Assembly: GCA_052327205.1 (NCBI GenBank)
Contig: JBMRGM010000042.1
Coordinates: 25,482,001 to 25,546,000, forward strand
Direction: 5' to 3'
DNA length: 64,000 bases
Source of the DNA: Somniosus microcephalus
Taxonomy: Eukaryota
A model generated the notes under the pieces. The model was not told the DNA's origin. It did no database searches and worked only from the letters and a program-made list of their open reading frames with translations. Made by a program: the position numbers and the translations under genes. The first letter of the stretch is position 1, and the number at the start of each line of letters is the position of its first letter. Below are positions 1 through 12,226 of this stretch, piece by piece.

Positions 1-1202
1 TTATTGCTCCCTAATCTAATTTAAGTTCTTATATCCAGCCCCGACCTAACAAATTTGGTCGAGAACCCGATACGACAACTACAGGTAGCTGTTCCACGGT
101 GTCCCTGTGTTTCGCAGTTATAATAGCTGTACCCAAGGTTGTCACTCATTCACCGGTATAGGTTTTAAGCTTCATAGAGCAAGACTTTAACTCTGGAACT
201 TTTGCACGGTTCCACAATTTTGAATATTCTTCCCTGTTCATTATGGTAACACCACATCCAGTATCCACCTCAAATTTGACCTTAGTGTCATTTACTATCA
301 GTTGCAAAGTGATAGCATCCACTTTAGGAGTGTTCTCTACCAAACTATGCATTATGAACACGTCGTCTTCTTCCTCAGCTTCTCCACTGATGTGATGTTC
401 TCCCTGTTTTTTTCACTTCTCTTCCACGGTTTTGCTTTTCTTCCCCTTTAGGTTTGTATACCTCCAGGGTAGCTTTAGCTCTGCATGCACTTTTTATATG
501 TCCTTTTTCTTCCACACGTGTGGCACTTTTCCTCCAGAAACCTGCATTCCCTTGCCAGGTGATCTCCATTGCATCTATAACATTCTTTTAAATGCGCACG
601 TTGTAGTGTACGACTCATATTTAACTTGTGCACCAGCGTCTGACCTGCAACTTGCTTTGTAGTAGACCAGTCGCAACCTTGTATTTCTTTTACATCTCGG
701 TTCACTGTCTCTATTAATTGAGCAAGTTCCAACGCTTTTTCATACGTAAGCCCAGTCTCGGACAATAATTTCCTCTGCATTCGAGCATCCATTATCCCGC
801 AAACCAGCCTATCTCTCAGCATGTCTTTCAAGCTGTTCCCGTAATTGCAATCATGTGCCAGTTTTCTCAACACCGCTACATAATACAACGCAGACTCTCC
901 CGGTATCCTATTCTGTGAATTAAATTTGAAACGCTGTGCAATCTCACTCGGTCTGGGATTGAAATGTTCCTTTAGCAAGTCCACTAATTCAGTAAATGAT
1001 TTATCTCCAGGCTTTAAAGGACTGCATAAGTTTCTCAGTAACTATATGTCAGAGTTCCCACCGAAGTTAGCAAAATAGCTCTCCTTTTTCCAACATCGAC
1101 AATATCATTTGCTACAAAGAAATGCTCCAATAACTCACAGTACTCTATCCAAGTTTGATTTTGAACATCAAAAGCAAAAATCTCTCCAACTCGAGTAGCC
1201 AT
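1..1202 (-). pseudogene. Gypsy gag-protease, frameshifted
   Basis: ATG at 1202 (MATRVGEIFAFD...); frameshifts near 1045 and 510; ORF track 475..984, 375..569, 146..361. Confidence 0.85.
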
Positions 1203-1257
1203 GATTCAGATGCAGTGTTCTTGTATTTTTCCTTCTTCAAGTTGACATCTGTTTATT

Positions 1258-1267
1258 CTGGTCGCCA
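1258..1267 (-). other. tRNA primer-binding site of the Gypsy element
   Basis: TGGCGACCAG on the minus strand, 2 nt after the LTR end ...TAACA. Confidence 0.75.
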
Positions 1268-1269
1268 AA

Positions 1270-1474
1270 TGTTATAACCAAGTGGTTAAGGTCCAAATAA
1301 GGGATATAAGTGAGACTTCAGGAACTCAAAACTTTGCTTTTAATTTACACAGGATAAGGAGAGAACAGAGCTCTTACAAGCTACAGGCATGCACTTGTAA
1401 TTCTTACTGCACGAGCAACCTAAGATGGTGGACCCTATGATGTCATACCCACAATGCAACATTACCTTAAAACA
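1270..1474 (-). repeat. 5' LTR (about 205 bp) of the partial Gypsy element
   Basis: Minus strand starts TGTTTTAA and ends TTATAACA; lies directly upstream of the PBS; partner LTR not in the window. Confidence 0.65.
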
Positions 1475-1716
1475 CTGGTAAATGAACCCCTTAGCATTGG
1501 TCTCCATCTAGTGGATAACTTAAGCATTACATCTGAGATTACTATAGTAGCCATTTTTGGACCACTCCTTCTGTGAGAGAGGGAGTGATTTGCAGCGAGA
1601 CATAGGGAGAGAGGTTTCTGCATTGAGTCAGTGCTCGCAGAGGTACTTTTGGCTTGGGCCCAGAATTTGTCATTGGTTTGCTTTTTCACTGGCATAACCT
1701 TCAGTGGCCACATACT

Positions 1717-2835
1717 ATGGGGGCTGCAATTGATGGAAACGTTGGGCTTCTCCATTACATTGAGAGGGCTCAGAGAGGCCGAGAGAGAGTGCCAATAATG
1801 GCCAGATGGAGGAGGGCCAACAGGCATTGGCACATGAGACCTTACCATCCCAGCGTTTTCCGCTAACAGTTCTCATACCTCAACATGTCTGAGGAGCAGT
1901 GCTTTCGGAGGCTACGATTCAGCAGGGAGGTGGTCACTGAGCTCTGCCACCTGCTTCAGCCAGATCTGCAGCCTCAACTGAGGAGCAGGGCGTCTCTTTC
2001 GGTGGCAGTGGTGGTGACAGTGGCTCTCAACTTCTATGCCACCGGCTCCTTCCAATCCGCTACTGGGGACATTGCCAATATCTCCCAGTTCGCGGTGCAT
2101 TGCTGCATCCGTCAAGTCACGAATGCCCTCTATAAAAGAAGACATCAATACATTTCCTTCCTCATGACCCTGGACAAGCAGCAAGAGTGCGCAATGGGAT
2201 TTGCAAGAATAGCGGACTTCCCCATGGTCCAGGGCGCCATTGACTGCATGCATGTGGCTTTGCGGGCGCTGCAAGAGAATGCCGAGGATTACTGCAACCG
2301 GAAGGGGTTCCATTCGTTGAACATCCAGTTGGTGTGTGACCACAGAGAGCTGATACTCGCTGTCAATGCCCTCTTTCCAGGCAGCAGCCACGACGCCTTC
2401 ATCCTGTGCCATAATTCTGTGGCAGACCTTTTGAACCCCGGCTCACCCAGGAGGCTGGCTTCTCCGGGACAAGGGCTATCTTCTGTGCACCTGGCTGATG
2501 ACCCCGCTCCGTGCGCCCAGCAACCCTGCTGAAGAACGATAAATGAGAGCCATCAAGCTACCAGGAACATCATTGAGCAAACAATCGGCGTGCTCAAGCA
2601 ATGGTTCCGCAGTCTGGACCATTCCAGGGATGCCCTTCAGTACTCACCTGAGCGAGTCTCCCATTTCGTTGTAGTGTGCTGCATGCTGCATAACCTGGCA
2701 ATCCTCAGGACTCAGCCACTGCCACCAGACATTGGAGCACCAGCAGAGGAGAAGGAGGAGGAGGAGCACCAAGACGGGAGGGAGGCACAAAGTGCAAGGG
2801 CCGTCCGTCAGTGGCTTATTGCAAGTCAGTTCTAG
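1717..2835 (+). pseudogene. Harbinger (HARBI1-like) DDE transposase, disrupted
   Basis: Motifs [48 protein letters not shown] (frameshifted), RNIIEQTIGVLKQWFR, CCMLHN; stop at 1864-1866 and frameshift near 2430. Confidence 0.92.
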
Positions 2836-2986
2836 GTCCCCTCTGAGGGAATGGCTTCTGCCATTGAAAGAACATGAATGGAACCATTCCGCAAACCCTA
2901 TGCCGGTCAAGGCAACAATAGTTCAAAGAGCAAACATGCACATTCTGAATAAAGGCACTTCTTTATTTAATAAACTTTTTTTTTTA

Positions 2987-5900
2987 CATAAGATTACATA
3001 AGAAATAGGACCAGGAGTAGGCCAATCGGCCCCTCGAGCCTGCTCCACCATTCAATAAGATCATGGCTGATCTGATTCTAACCTCAAATCTTCTAACTCT
3101 CTCCATCCCACCCAAACCCATGTGATCTCCCGGGAGAGGCGAAAAACCAGATAAAAAACCCAATGGCCAATTTGGGAGAAAAATCTGGGAAATTCCTCTC
3201 CGACCCATCTAGGTGATCGAAACTCTTCCAGGAGATCACTCTGTCCCTTTATTTTCTACAGTACTTACCTTCTGTAAAGGCGATCTCCACCCCAGCCAGG
3301 AACAGGAATAAAACCATCTCCTGAAATCTAACACAGAATTAGAACACAAGAAGTAGGAGCAGAACCAGGCTACACGGCCCCTGGGCCCGCTCCACTAACC
3401 ACAGGGCCATGACCATTCCGAAACTGGACTCATGTCCAATTTCCTGCCCGCTCCCCGTAACCCTTAATTCCCTTTACTTCTAGGAAACTATCTATTTCTG
3501 TTTTAAATTTATTTAATGATGTAACTTCCACAGCTTTCTGGGGCAGCAAATTCCACAAACCTACCACCCTCTGAGTGAAGAAGTTTCTCCTCATCTCAGT
3601 TTTGAAAGAGCAGCCCCTTATTCTAAGACTATGCCCCCTAGTTCTAGTTTCACCCATCATTGGGAACATCCTCACCACATCAACTCGATCAAGCCCCTTC
3701 ACAATCTTATATCTTTCAATAAGATCGCCTCTCATTCTTCTGAACTCCAATGATTAGAGTCCCAATCTACTCAACCTCTCCTCATATGACCACCCCCTCA
3801 TTCCCGGGATTAACCGAGTGAACCTTCTTTGTACTGACTCGAGAGTAAGAAAATCTTTTCTTAGGTATAGACACCAAAACTGTATGCTGTATTCCAGGTG
3901 CGGTCTCACCAATACCTTGTATAACTGCAGCAATACCTCCCTGTTTTTATATTCTATCCCCCTTGCAGTAAAAGCCAACATTCCATTGGCCTTCTTGATC
4001 ACTTGCTGCACCTGCATACTAACTTTTTGAGTTTCGTGCACCTGGACCCCCAGATCCCTTTGTACTACAGTAATTTCCAGTTTCTTGCCATTAAGATAAT
4101 AACTTGCTCTATGATTTTTCCTGCCAAAGTGCATAACCTCACACTTTCCAGTATTGTATTCCATCTGCCAAATCTCTGCCCACTTACTCAGTCTGTCTAT
4201 GTCACTTTGCAGGTTTTTTATGTCCTCCTCACTCACTACTTTCCCTCCCATCTTTGTACCATCTGCAAACTTTGATATGTTACACTCGGTCCCCTCCTCC
4301 AAATCGTTAATATAGTTTGTAAAGAGTTGGGGACCCAGCACTGACCCCTGCGGAACACCACAAGTTACTGATTGCCAGTCTGAGAATTAACCATTTATCC
4401 CAACTCTCTGCTTTCTGTTAGAGAGCCAATTCTCCACCCACGCCAGAATATTACACCCAATCCTGTGATTTTTTATCTTGAGCAATAATCTTTTGTGTGA
4501 CACCTTGTCAAATGACTTTTGGAAGTCTAAATACACTACGTCCATGGGTTCTCCTTTATCCACCCTGTTTGTTACTTCCTCAAAGAACTCCAGCAAATTT
4601 GTCAAACATGACTTCCCCTTCATGAAACCATGCTGACTTTGTCCTATTAAATTATCTTTATCCAAATGTCCCTTTACTGTCTCCTTAATAATGGACTCTA
4701 ACATTTTACCAACCACAGATGTTAGGCTAACAGGTCTATAGTTTCCATCCTTCTGCCTACTACCCTTTTTAAATAAGGGTGTTACATTAGCAGTTTTCCA
4801 ATCTGCCGGGACCTTTGCTGAGTCCAGGGAGTTTTGGAAATTTATTACCAATGCATCCACAATCCCGATCGCCACTTCCCTCAAGACCCTAGGATGTAAG
4901 CCATCAGGTCCAGGGGATTTATCCGGCTTAAGTCCCATTATTATACCAAGTACCACTTCCTTAGTGATTTTAATCGTATTTAGCTCCTCTCCCCCTCGAG
5001 CCCCCTGTTTGTCCAGTGTTGGGATATTTTTAGTGTCCTCTACTGTAAAGACTGATACAAAATATTTGTTCAGCGTTTTTGCCATCTCTATGTTTCCCAC
5101 CATTAATTTCCCAGTCTCATCCTCTAAGGGAACAACAATTACTTTAGCCACCCTTTTTTTATATAACTATAGAAACTTTTGCTATCCGTATTTATATTTT
5201 TTGTTAATTTACTTTCATAATCTATCTTCCCTTTCTTAATCAATCTTTTAGTTATTTTTTGATTTCTTTTAAAGACTTCCCAATCTTCTATCCTCCCACG
5301 AGATTTGGCTGCCTTAAATGCCCTTGTTTTTAGTTGGATACTATCTTTAATTACTTTACTTAGCCACGGATGGCTATCTTTTCTTTTACACCCTTTTTTC
5401 CTCAGTGGAATATATATTTTTTGAAGGTTGTAAAATAACTCCTTAAATGTACACCACTGATCATGTACCGTCTTACCCTTTAAACTATTTTCCCAGTCCA
5501 CTCTAATCAATTCCACTCTCATACCTTCATAGTCTCCTTTATTCAAGCTCAGCACGCTTGTTTGAGATCCAGCCTTCTCACCCTCTACTTGAATATGGAA
5601 TTCAACCATGTTATGGTCACTCATTCCAAGGGGGTCCTTCACTTGGACATTTTTAATTAATCCTCTCTCATTACACAGGACCAAATCTAAGGTTGCTTGT
5701 TCCCTGGTTGGTTCAGTTATATACTGCTCAAGAAACCCATCCCTAATACACTCAATGAACTCATCCTCAAGGCTTCTCTGCCCATTTTGATTTGTCCAGT
5801 TAATATGATAGCTAAAATCCCCCATAATTTTAGCTGTTCCCTTATTGCAAGCCGCAACTATTTCCTGATTAATACTCCGTCCAACAGAGTTGCAACTGTT

Positions 5901-7335
5901 CGGAGGCCTATAGACTAGGCTCACTAGTGTTTTTTTTCCCCTTATTATTCCTTTTCACTATCCTGCTCCATTTCTCTGTATTATAGTGATTCCTTCCTTT
6001 ATTAACATAGCCACCCCATCTCCCCTTCCTTTCTGCCTGTCCTTCCTGATTGTTAAATAACCTGGTATGTTTAATTCCCAGTCATGGTCACCCTGCTGCC
6101 ATGTTTCTGTAATGGCCACAAGATCATACCCATATGTAATTATTTGTGCCGTTAACTCATTCATTTTGTTACGAATGCTACGTGCATTCAGGTAAAGAAC
6201 TTTCAAATATGTTTTGTGACACTTAGTTCCTGTTTTTTCCCCTTTTACTACTTTACCTTTTACTCCATACCTTCTGTCCCTTCTTGACACGTTCTGTTTT
6301 TTAATTCCCCCACTGCTACCTAAGTCTATGATCTTCTCTGTTGTCATTTCTGTTATTTGCTCTCTAGAAACCTCCCCCCCACTAGTTAGTTTAAAGCCCT
6401 CTCTACAGCCCAATTATATGATTCACCAGGACTCTAGACCCAGCACTGGCCAAGTGGAGTCCGTCCCAACAGAACAGCTCCCTCCTGTCCCAGTACTGGT
6501 GCCAGTGTCCCAAGAAGCAAAACCCATTTCTCCCACACCAGTCTTTGAACCACACATTTCACTTTTTAATTTTATTTATCCTAGCCAAATTCGCTCGTGG
6601 CTCAGGTAATAACCTAAAGATTATTACCCTTAAGGTTCTGTTTTATAATTTGACCCCTAGCTGTTCATACACCTTTAACAGAACCTTCTTCCTTGTCCTA
6701 TCTACGTCGTTTGTACCAACATGGACCACGACAACTGGATCCTCCCCCTCCAACTCCAAGTTTCTTTCCAGCCCAGAACAGATGTCTTTAACCCTGGCAC
6801 CGGGCAGGCAACACAGCCTTCGGGACTCCCACTCTTGACTGCTGAGAACCCTATCCACCCCCCTGATATTATCCACTACCACTACAACATTTCTTTTTAC
6901 TCCCTCCCCTTGAATGGCCCCCTGTACCACGGTGCTGTGGCCAGGTTGCTCATCCTCGCTGCAGTCCCCACTCCTGCCCTCACAGGGATTAAGAACATCA
7001 ATCCTGCTTGACAAGAGCAAGGGCTGCGGCTCCTTCAACACTACATCCTGGATCCCTGTACCTTCCTCACTCGTAGTCACACCGTCCTGCCCCTGACCAC
7101 GGAATACATCTGCAGTAATTAATTTCATAGGTGTGACCACCTCCTGAAGCATAGAGTCCAGGAACTTCTCCCCCTCCCTGATGTGTCGCAGTGTCTGAAG
7201 CTCGGTCTCAAGCTCTTTAACATGGAGCTTGAGTTCATCTAGCAGCAAACACTTATCGCAAATGTAATCACCATGAGCCTCAATGGGGTCCACCAGCTCC
7301 CACATTTTGCAACAGTGACACATCACCTGTTCACC
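2987..7335 (-). mobile_element. CR1/L3 LINE, near full length (copy 1), degenerate
   Basis: ORF1 with zinc finger (CHCCKMWE...YICDKC) and SGNH motifs (CLPGARVKD, VHVGTND); ORF2 endonuclease (YLNARSI, ITETW, MGDF, SDHN) and RT (YRPVSLTS, QHGF, LDFQK, KFADG); tail ...CCTATTTCTTATGT at 2987-3010. Confidence 0.95.
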
Positions 7336-7493
7336 CTTCCCGCATGACAAAGTAATAGAGAGAAACCCCAAAAAAAGCAGTCAGACACATAACTTTCTCT
7401 CAAAACCTGGAGAAAGTGAACAAAATAATAACCAAAAAATGACCACGATCCTCGGCCTTCAATAAAACATTTAACAGCATTTTGCCACACCTC

Positions 7494-9801
7494 CTACTTT
7501 TTGCCCTTCGAGTGTGATCTGCTTTGCTTGCGAGATTCAACCCTTACCACCCTGCAACTCCTCCGCAATGGGACCCCAGTGGCTGCAGCAAGGCTGGGGG
7601 AAGGCTGCTGAGTGTCAGAAGCTGAGACTGCAGATGCCCTTGAGTGATGGCCTGGACAAGCTCTGGGCCTGGAGGGCCCGGCTGCTGACTGCTCCAACTC
7701 TGCATGGGCGTCAGCAGTCTGTCCTACAGGTGGAGGCAGCTGCAGTGGGTAAGTGACAGTGTTGGCAGCAGGAATGCTGCCATCCTGACAGAGGACAGCA
7801 ATTCCCTGGTTGGACGACACACTGGCACTCCCACGGGGCAGTACTGCAGCATGCAGAGCAATCTGTTGAAGCACAGACTGCTGGCCTGCTGTGGCACGGC
7901 GAGGGCCCCGGCGATTCGTGCCCGATCCAGTGAGGGTGGCAGCAGTCAGTGCTCGTGTGGCCTCAATTTGCGTCTGCATCAGACCAGCCACTGACTGCAT
8001 TACGCCGTTAAGCACTTGTGTAGAAGCCGCCTGTGCTGCGCCAAAGTCCTGGAGACTCCTTACCTGTGCTGCGCCGAAGTCCTGCAGACTCCTTGCCAGT
8101 GCTGCGCTGAAGTCCTGGACACTCCTTGCCAGTCACTCAATGGATTCAGGCATCCTTGCAACTGCAACCATGAGCTCAGTATGCCTGTGCTCCGCCTGGG
8201 CACTCATTTCAACGAGGAGCCGCACCTCTTCTGCGCTCACTGTAGCAGGACTCAAGGCCAGACTCTCCCTCTGGGGAGAAGGCCGCTGAGCTTCTCTACC
8301 CTTCCCGCATTGCTGCAGCCTGCTGGGCCCCGGAGCTTCACCCTCCTCAGACCATTCCCCCTGCTCCCCTCCAGGGAAGACGTGTCCCCATTATGGCCAT
8401 GGGCTGCCTCGGCTGAGGGTGGCACTGATGGTCTGGCTTCCTCTTCCTCCTTGCCTTCATAATCCCTCACAGTGGCAGCTTTAAGGCTCGCCTTCTCACC
8501 TGGTGAATCAGCATCTGAAAGCAGGGTGGTACAAGAGTGGCTTTAGCTTGAGGACAGGGTGGCAGCGAGGGAGGCATGAGTGCTGCAATGCACTGTATTG
8601 GTTCGATAGTGGCAAAGCATGCTGGTGTGAGGCACAAGTGGAAGGAGAGAGGTCAAAAAGGTGATGACCTGACCATTGCTGTACAGAACGGGGTCGGCAT
8701 CTTCAGTGGCGATGAGGCCAATCATTCGGCCTGCCATAATGCACTGGACTCACTGCTCCAGATCGGTGAGGGCTTGAAGGTGAGGCCGGCCTCCCTGGTC
8801 CATTGCTGCTGCCTCCTGTTATGGGCAAGCTGCCCTGATGTTCACTGCACTGCCTCCCATGGTCGAATAGCCTTTACAGTGTGAAGCCCTGATCTTCGCT
8901 GCACAGCCTCACATGGTGGAATAGCCCTTACAGTGTGAAGCCCTGACGTTGGCTGCACTGCCTCCCATGGTCGAGTAGCCCTTACAGTGTGAAGCCCTGA
9001 TCTTGGCTGCACTGCCTCCCATGGTCGAATAGCCTTTACAGTGTGAAGCCCTGATCATGGCGGAACTGCCTCACATGGTGGAATAGCCCTTACAGTGTGA
9101 AGCCCTGATCTTGGCTGCACTGCCTCCCATGGTCGAATACCCCTTACAGTGTGAAGCCCTGATCTTGGCTGCACTGCCTCCCATGGTCGAATAGCCCTTA
9201 CAGTGAGAAACCCTGATCTTGGCAGCACTACCTCCCATGGTCGAATAGCCGTTACAGTGTGAAGCCCTGATCTTGGCTGCACTGCCTCCCATGGCCGAAT
9301 AGCCCTTACAGTGTGAAGCCTGATCTTGGCTGCACTGCCTCCCACGGTAGAATAGCCCTTACAGTGTGAAGCCCTGATCTTGCCTGCACTGCCTCCCATA
9401 GTGGAATAGCCCTTAAACTGTGTAAAGTGCTGAATGCGCGTGTGAGTTTTAGGAAATGCCCATAGGTGTTGGATGAGGGCTGGGCATTGGGGCTTTCAGG
9501 ACACTTTGGCCATAAAGTGAGGTGGACATGCAGGGATGAAGAGGATGCTGGAAAGGGTACTCATCCCGACGACCCGAGTGAGGTCACTGAACTTCTTACT
9601 GCATTGCACAATGGTCCTAGGCACCATGCTGCTGGAGGTCACTCTGTGAGCCACCTCCCTCCAAGCCTTGCGATAGTCGTTGGGCAGCGGCCTCCTGCCA
9701 CTGTCCGGGAACAGGATAGATCACCTGCGCTCCACCGCACCAACCAGAACCTGCAGGGCCCCCTCACTGAACCGCTGCGCTCGCTCCCTGGCCCTCTCCA
9801 T
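7494..9801 (-). pseudogene. Harbinger Myb/SANT-like DNA-binding gene, 3 predicted exons (about 9801-9565, 8833-8675, 8514-7494)
   Basis: Exon 1 reads MERARERAQRFSEGALQVLVGAVERR*SILFP...AWREVAHRV...RTIVQCSKKFSDLTRVV; exon 2 QLAHNRRQQQ; exon 3 follows a tttcag acceptor; in-frame stop at 9721 and a mutated donor (ATGAGT). Confidence 0.8.
8845..9420. repeat. 54-bp minisatellite, about 10.5 copies, in intron 1 of the Myb-like gene
   Basis: Unit CTTACAGTGTGAAGCCCTGATCTTGGCTGCACTGCCTCCCATGGTCGAATAGCC; period 54 (8875, 8929); 18-aa repeats in the ORF track. Confidence 0.97.
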
Positions 9802-10295
9802 GGCCCTAGGTGATAGAATGTGGCAGCAGGTCTGTCCAGGCCATGAATCAGCGCTCTGATGCGCAGGGTGTGGCTGCAATCCATGATTGAACCTCCCCTT
9901 TAAGAGCTGACCGGCGCCAGCGTGCATGCGTTCAATTGCTAATTGGCTGCACCTGCGCTGCATCCGCACTTGGTGGTAGCGCCTCGCTTCTCTGGCTTAG
10001 CGCCTTAAGACAGTCGTGCAGCACCTGTTTTAGCGCTTCAAGCACCTCCTGGGGCGAAGCAGGTCAATTTAGCAGTAGGTGGCGGCAATTTGCGCCAGGT
10101 GCTAAATTTCCTGCCCGCTCGAGTATAACGCCCCAAACGTGGCGATACTGAATTTCTCCCGCTTAATCTTTAAATGTAGCCAGCAGAGAGCGGCACGACC
10201 ATGCAGCTCAGAGGGAACGTGGGCAGAGGGCCACACATATAACGATTAAACCACTGTTCCCATGAATTCCCAGATAGCTCAAGTCCCTGATACTT

Positions 10296-11086
10296 GGGGT
10301 TGGATTTTGACAATGAGGAGCTTTTGGAGGCGGGACTCCCACTTGTCGAGTTTTAGTCCCGCCTCCATTAACTTCTGGCCAACCCACGCTATTATCCCTT
10401 GATTGACCTTGTTAAGTTCGCCCAGTGGGCTTAGCAGGCTTAGTAAGGGAAAGCCGGTTACAGAGCATGTCAACTTATGATGATTCACCTGTCAACAATT
10501 TTTGACAGATATATTGTCATCGTTTGACAGCTCTGTGAAGCTGTCAAACACTGACATTCTCTGTAGTTTGATGAGTTCTTGAATTCAAGACCTCATCAAA
10601 TCTCTTTCTTTGACAGAAATAAGATGGTTGTTGCATTGGAGAATGCAGCGGCCATCTGTCATCTCTGCCGCGGAGGTGCGAGACTCTTCGCATACCCAAC
10701 TCTTGAAGCCTGCAGGAAGAAATAAAGGTAAGTAAACTTTTTCTAAGACTTTCCACTAACCTCATATACTCACCTCTCCACACTTGCACCCATCACTTAC
10801 CTTCACAGTGCACTTTTGCACCTCTCCGACCCCCGCAGGCCCATTGCTCAGCTCGGTGACCCTTGCGGGGTTCGGAGCCTTCGGGAAGCCCGCCCTTGTG
10901 TGGGTAAAATGGGGATAATCCTCTTATTTGCCTGTTACCTACGGTGCGGATTGACTACCCACCTCCTGGCAAGATGGCACGGAGGCGGGTTGAGGGCGGG
11001 ATGGGTACCCGCCCCCAAAAAACTGCCATTTTCCCGGGAGTCCCGCCTCCATACCCGCCTCCCCAGGGCTGGCAAGATCGCACCCC
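10296..11086. mobile_element. MITE-like non-autonomous DNA transposon (copy A)
   Basis: Imperfect TIRs GGGGTTGGATTTT / AAGATCGCACCCC, subterminal GGAGGCGGG/CCCGCCTCC motifs, homologous to 12227-12963. Confidence 0.7.
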
Positions 11087-11097
11087 TGGTGTGCTAA

Positions 11098-11280
11098 TCA
11101 TAGAATAGAATCATTGACATTTACTGCACAGGAGGAGGCCATTCAGCCCATCATGTCCACGCAAAGAGCCAACCAGCCTAATCCCACTTTCCAGCACTTG
11201 GTCCGTAGCCCTGTAGGTTACAGCACTACAAGTGCATATCCAAGTACTTTTTAAATGCGATGAGGATTGCTGCCTCTAAT
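11098..11280 (-). mobile_element. CR1 3' tail fragment
   Basis: CATAGAATAGAATCA tail and GGAGGCCATTCAGCCC stem typical of CR1 3' ends. Confidence 0.75.
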
Positions 11281-11489
11281 TTAGGGATTTATCCAACCAA
11301 CGAGGCACCAGCGCGAAGTACAACACTTTCCCAAACCTCCAGCCCCACAAAACTCAAATCGGACAAACTGTGGGGGCAGTAAATTAAACATACATTTTGG
11401 TGATGGCTGTCGTTTACAGTAGGCCCATCTCCTGCTTTGCAATATCCAATACAGCAGAGGGGTCTAAAACAGGTGTTTGGCCCCTTAAT

Positions 11490-11815
11490 TTGCCAAGGCT
11501 TCTTCGGCAGCCCCTCACAAACCCGTGACCTCTTCCACCTAGAAGGACAAGGGCAGCAGGCGCACGGGAACACCACCACCTCCAAGTTCCCCTTCAAGTC
11601 ACACACCATCCTGACTTAGAAATATATCACCGATCCTTCATTGTCGCTGGGTCAAATTCCTGGAACTCCCTCCCTAACAGCACTGTGGGAGCACCTTCAC
11701 CACACGGACTGCAGCGGTTCAAGAAGGCAGCTCACCGCCACCTTCTCAAGGGCAATTAGGGTTGGGCAATAAATGCTGGCCTTGCCAGCGACGTCCACAT
11801 CCCATAAAAAAAAAC
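11490..11815 (+). mobile_element. L2/CR1-superfamily LINE 3' end
   Basis: Matches the 3' ends of the copies at 26660-27975 and 39030-41070; ends AATAAATGCTGGCC...CCACATCCCAT plus an A-run. Confidence 0.85.
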
Positions 11816-12226
11816 GAATAAAAAAAAACTACACATGTAACGCTTGTTTTAGACGGCTCCCAGGGACACCTGAAAAATGGCCTGATCCAATATCAGGGCA
11901 AGTGTCTTTCGACTGTACTTTGGACGGGTACGTTGATCCCCGAAACTTGCTCTCGCTGCCCCTGTTTTATGCCTGTAAAATGAGATTAACGAGGCCCAAT
12001 CTCTACCCCTAATATCTTGTACTTTTAGCTTATGTGAACAGCAAGACTTCATAATAGCCAAAGGAACACTCAGCTTATTGAGTTATGTTTTTGGATTTGT
12101 GCTATTAACAGCCAAATGTTTTTTATTTTATTCCTAATAAATATTTTTATTATATATATATATAAACATTTGAATAGATTTGAAACTTTTGATTGAGATT
12201 CAATGGGTCCAACATTTAGATTCACT

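Larger units (their letters stand above)
1..1474 (-). mobile_element. Ty3/Gypsy LTR retrotransposon, 5' part (LTR, PBS, gag, protease); continues beyond the window start
   Basis: Gag motif LRDRLVCGI, two CCHC knuckles (CYRCNGDHLAREC and CHTCG...GHIKSAC across a frameshift), protease FEVDTG in ORF 146..361, LTR-like TGTT...AACA segment followed by TGGCGACCAG. Confidence 0.88.
1540..10162. mobile_element. PIF/Harbinger DNA transposon with convergent transposase and Myb/SANT genes, interrupted by a CR1
   Basis: Harbinger DDE gene on plus, Myb-like gene on minus, overlapping polyA signals near 2948-2974, GC-rich subterminal region and TIR-like end AATTTCTCCCGC followed by TTA at about 10151-10165; left TIR not found. 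Confidence 0.85.

Noticed and set aside
1717-2835. Domesticated host HARBI1 gene
   Set aside because: Has a stop and a frameshift, and is paired with a Myb gene and a TIR-like end, so it is a decayed transposon copy
9055-9399. 18-aa repeat protein
   Set aside because: Translation of the 54-bp minisatellite; frames break at indels and there is no supporting gene structure
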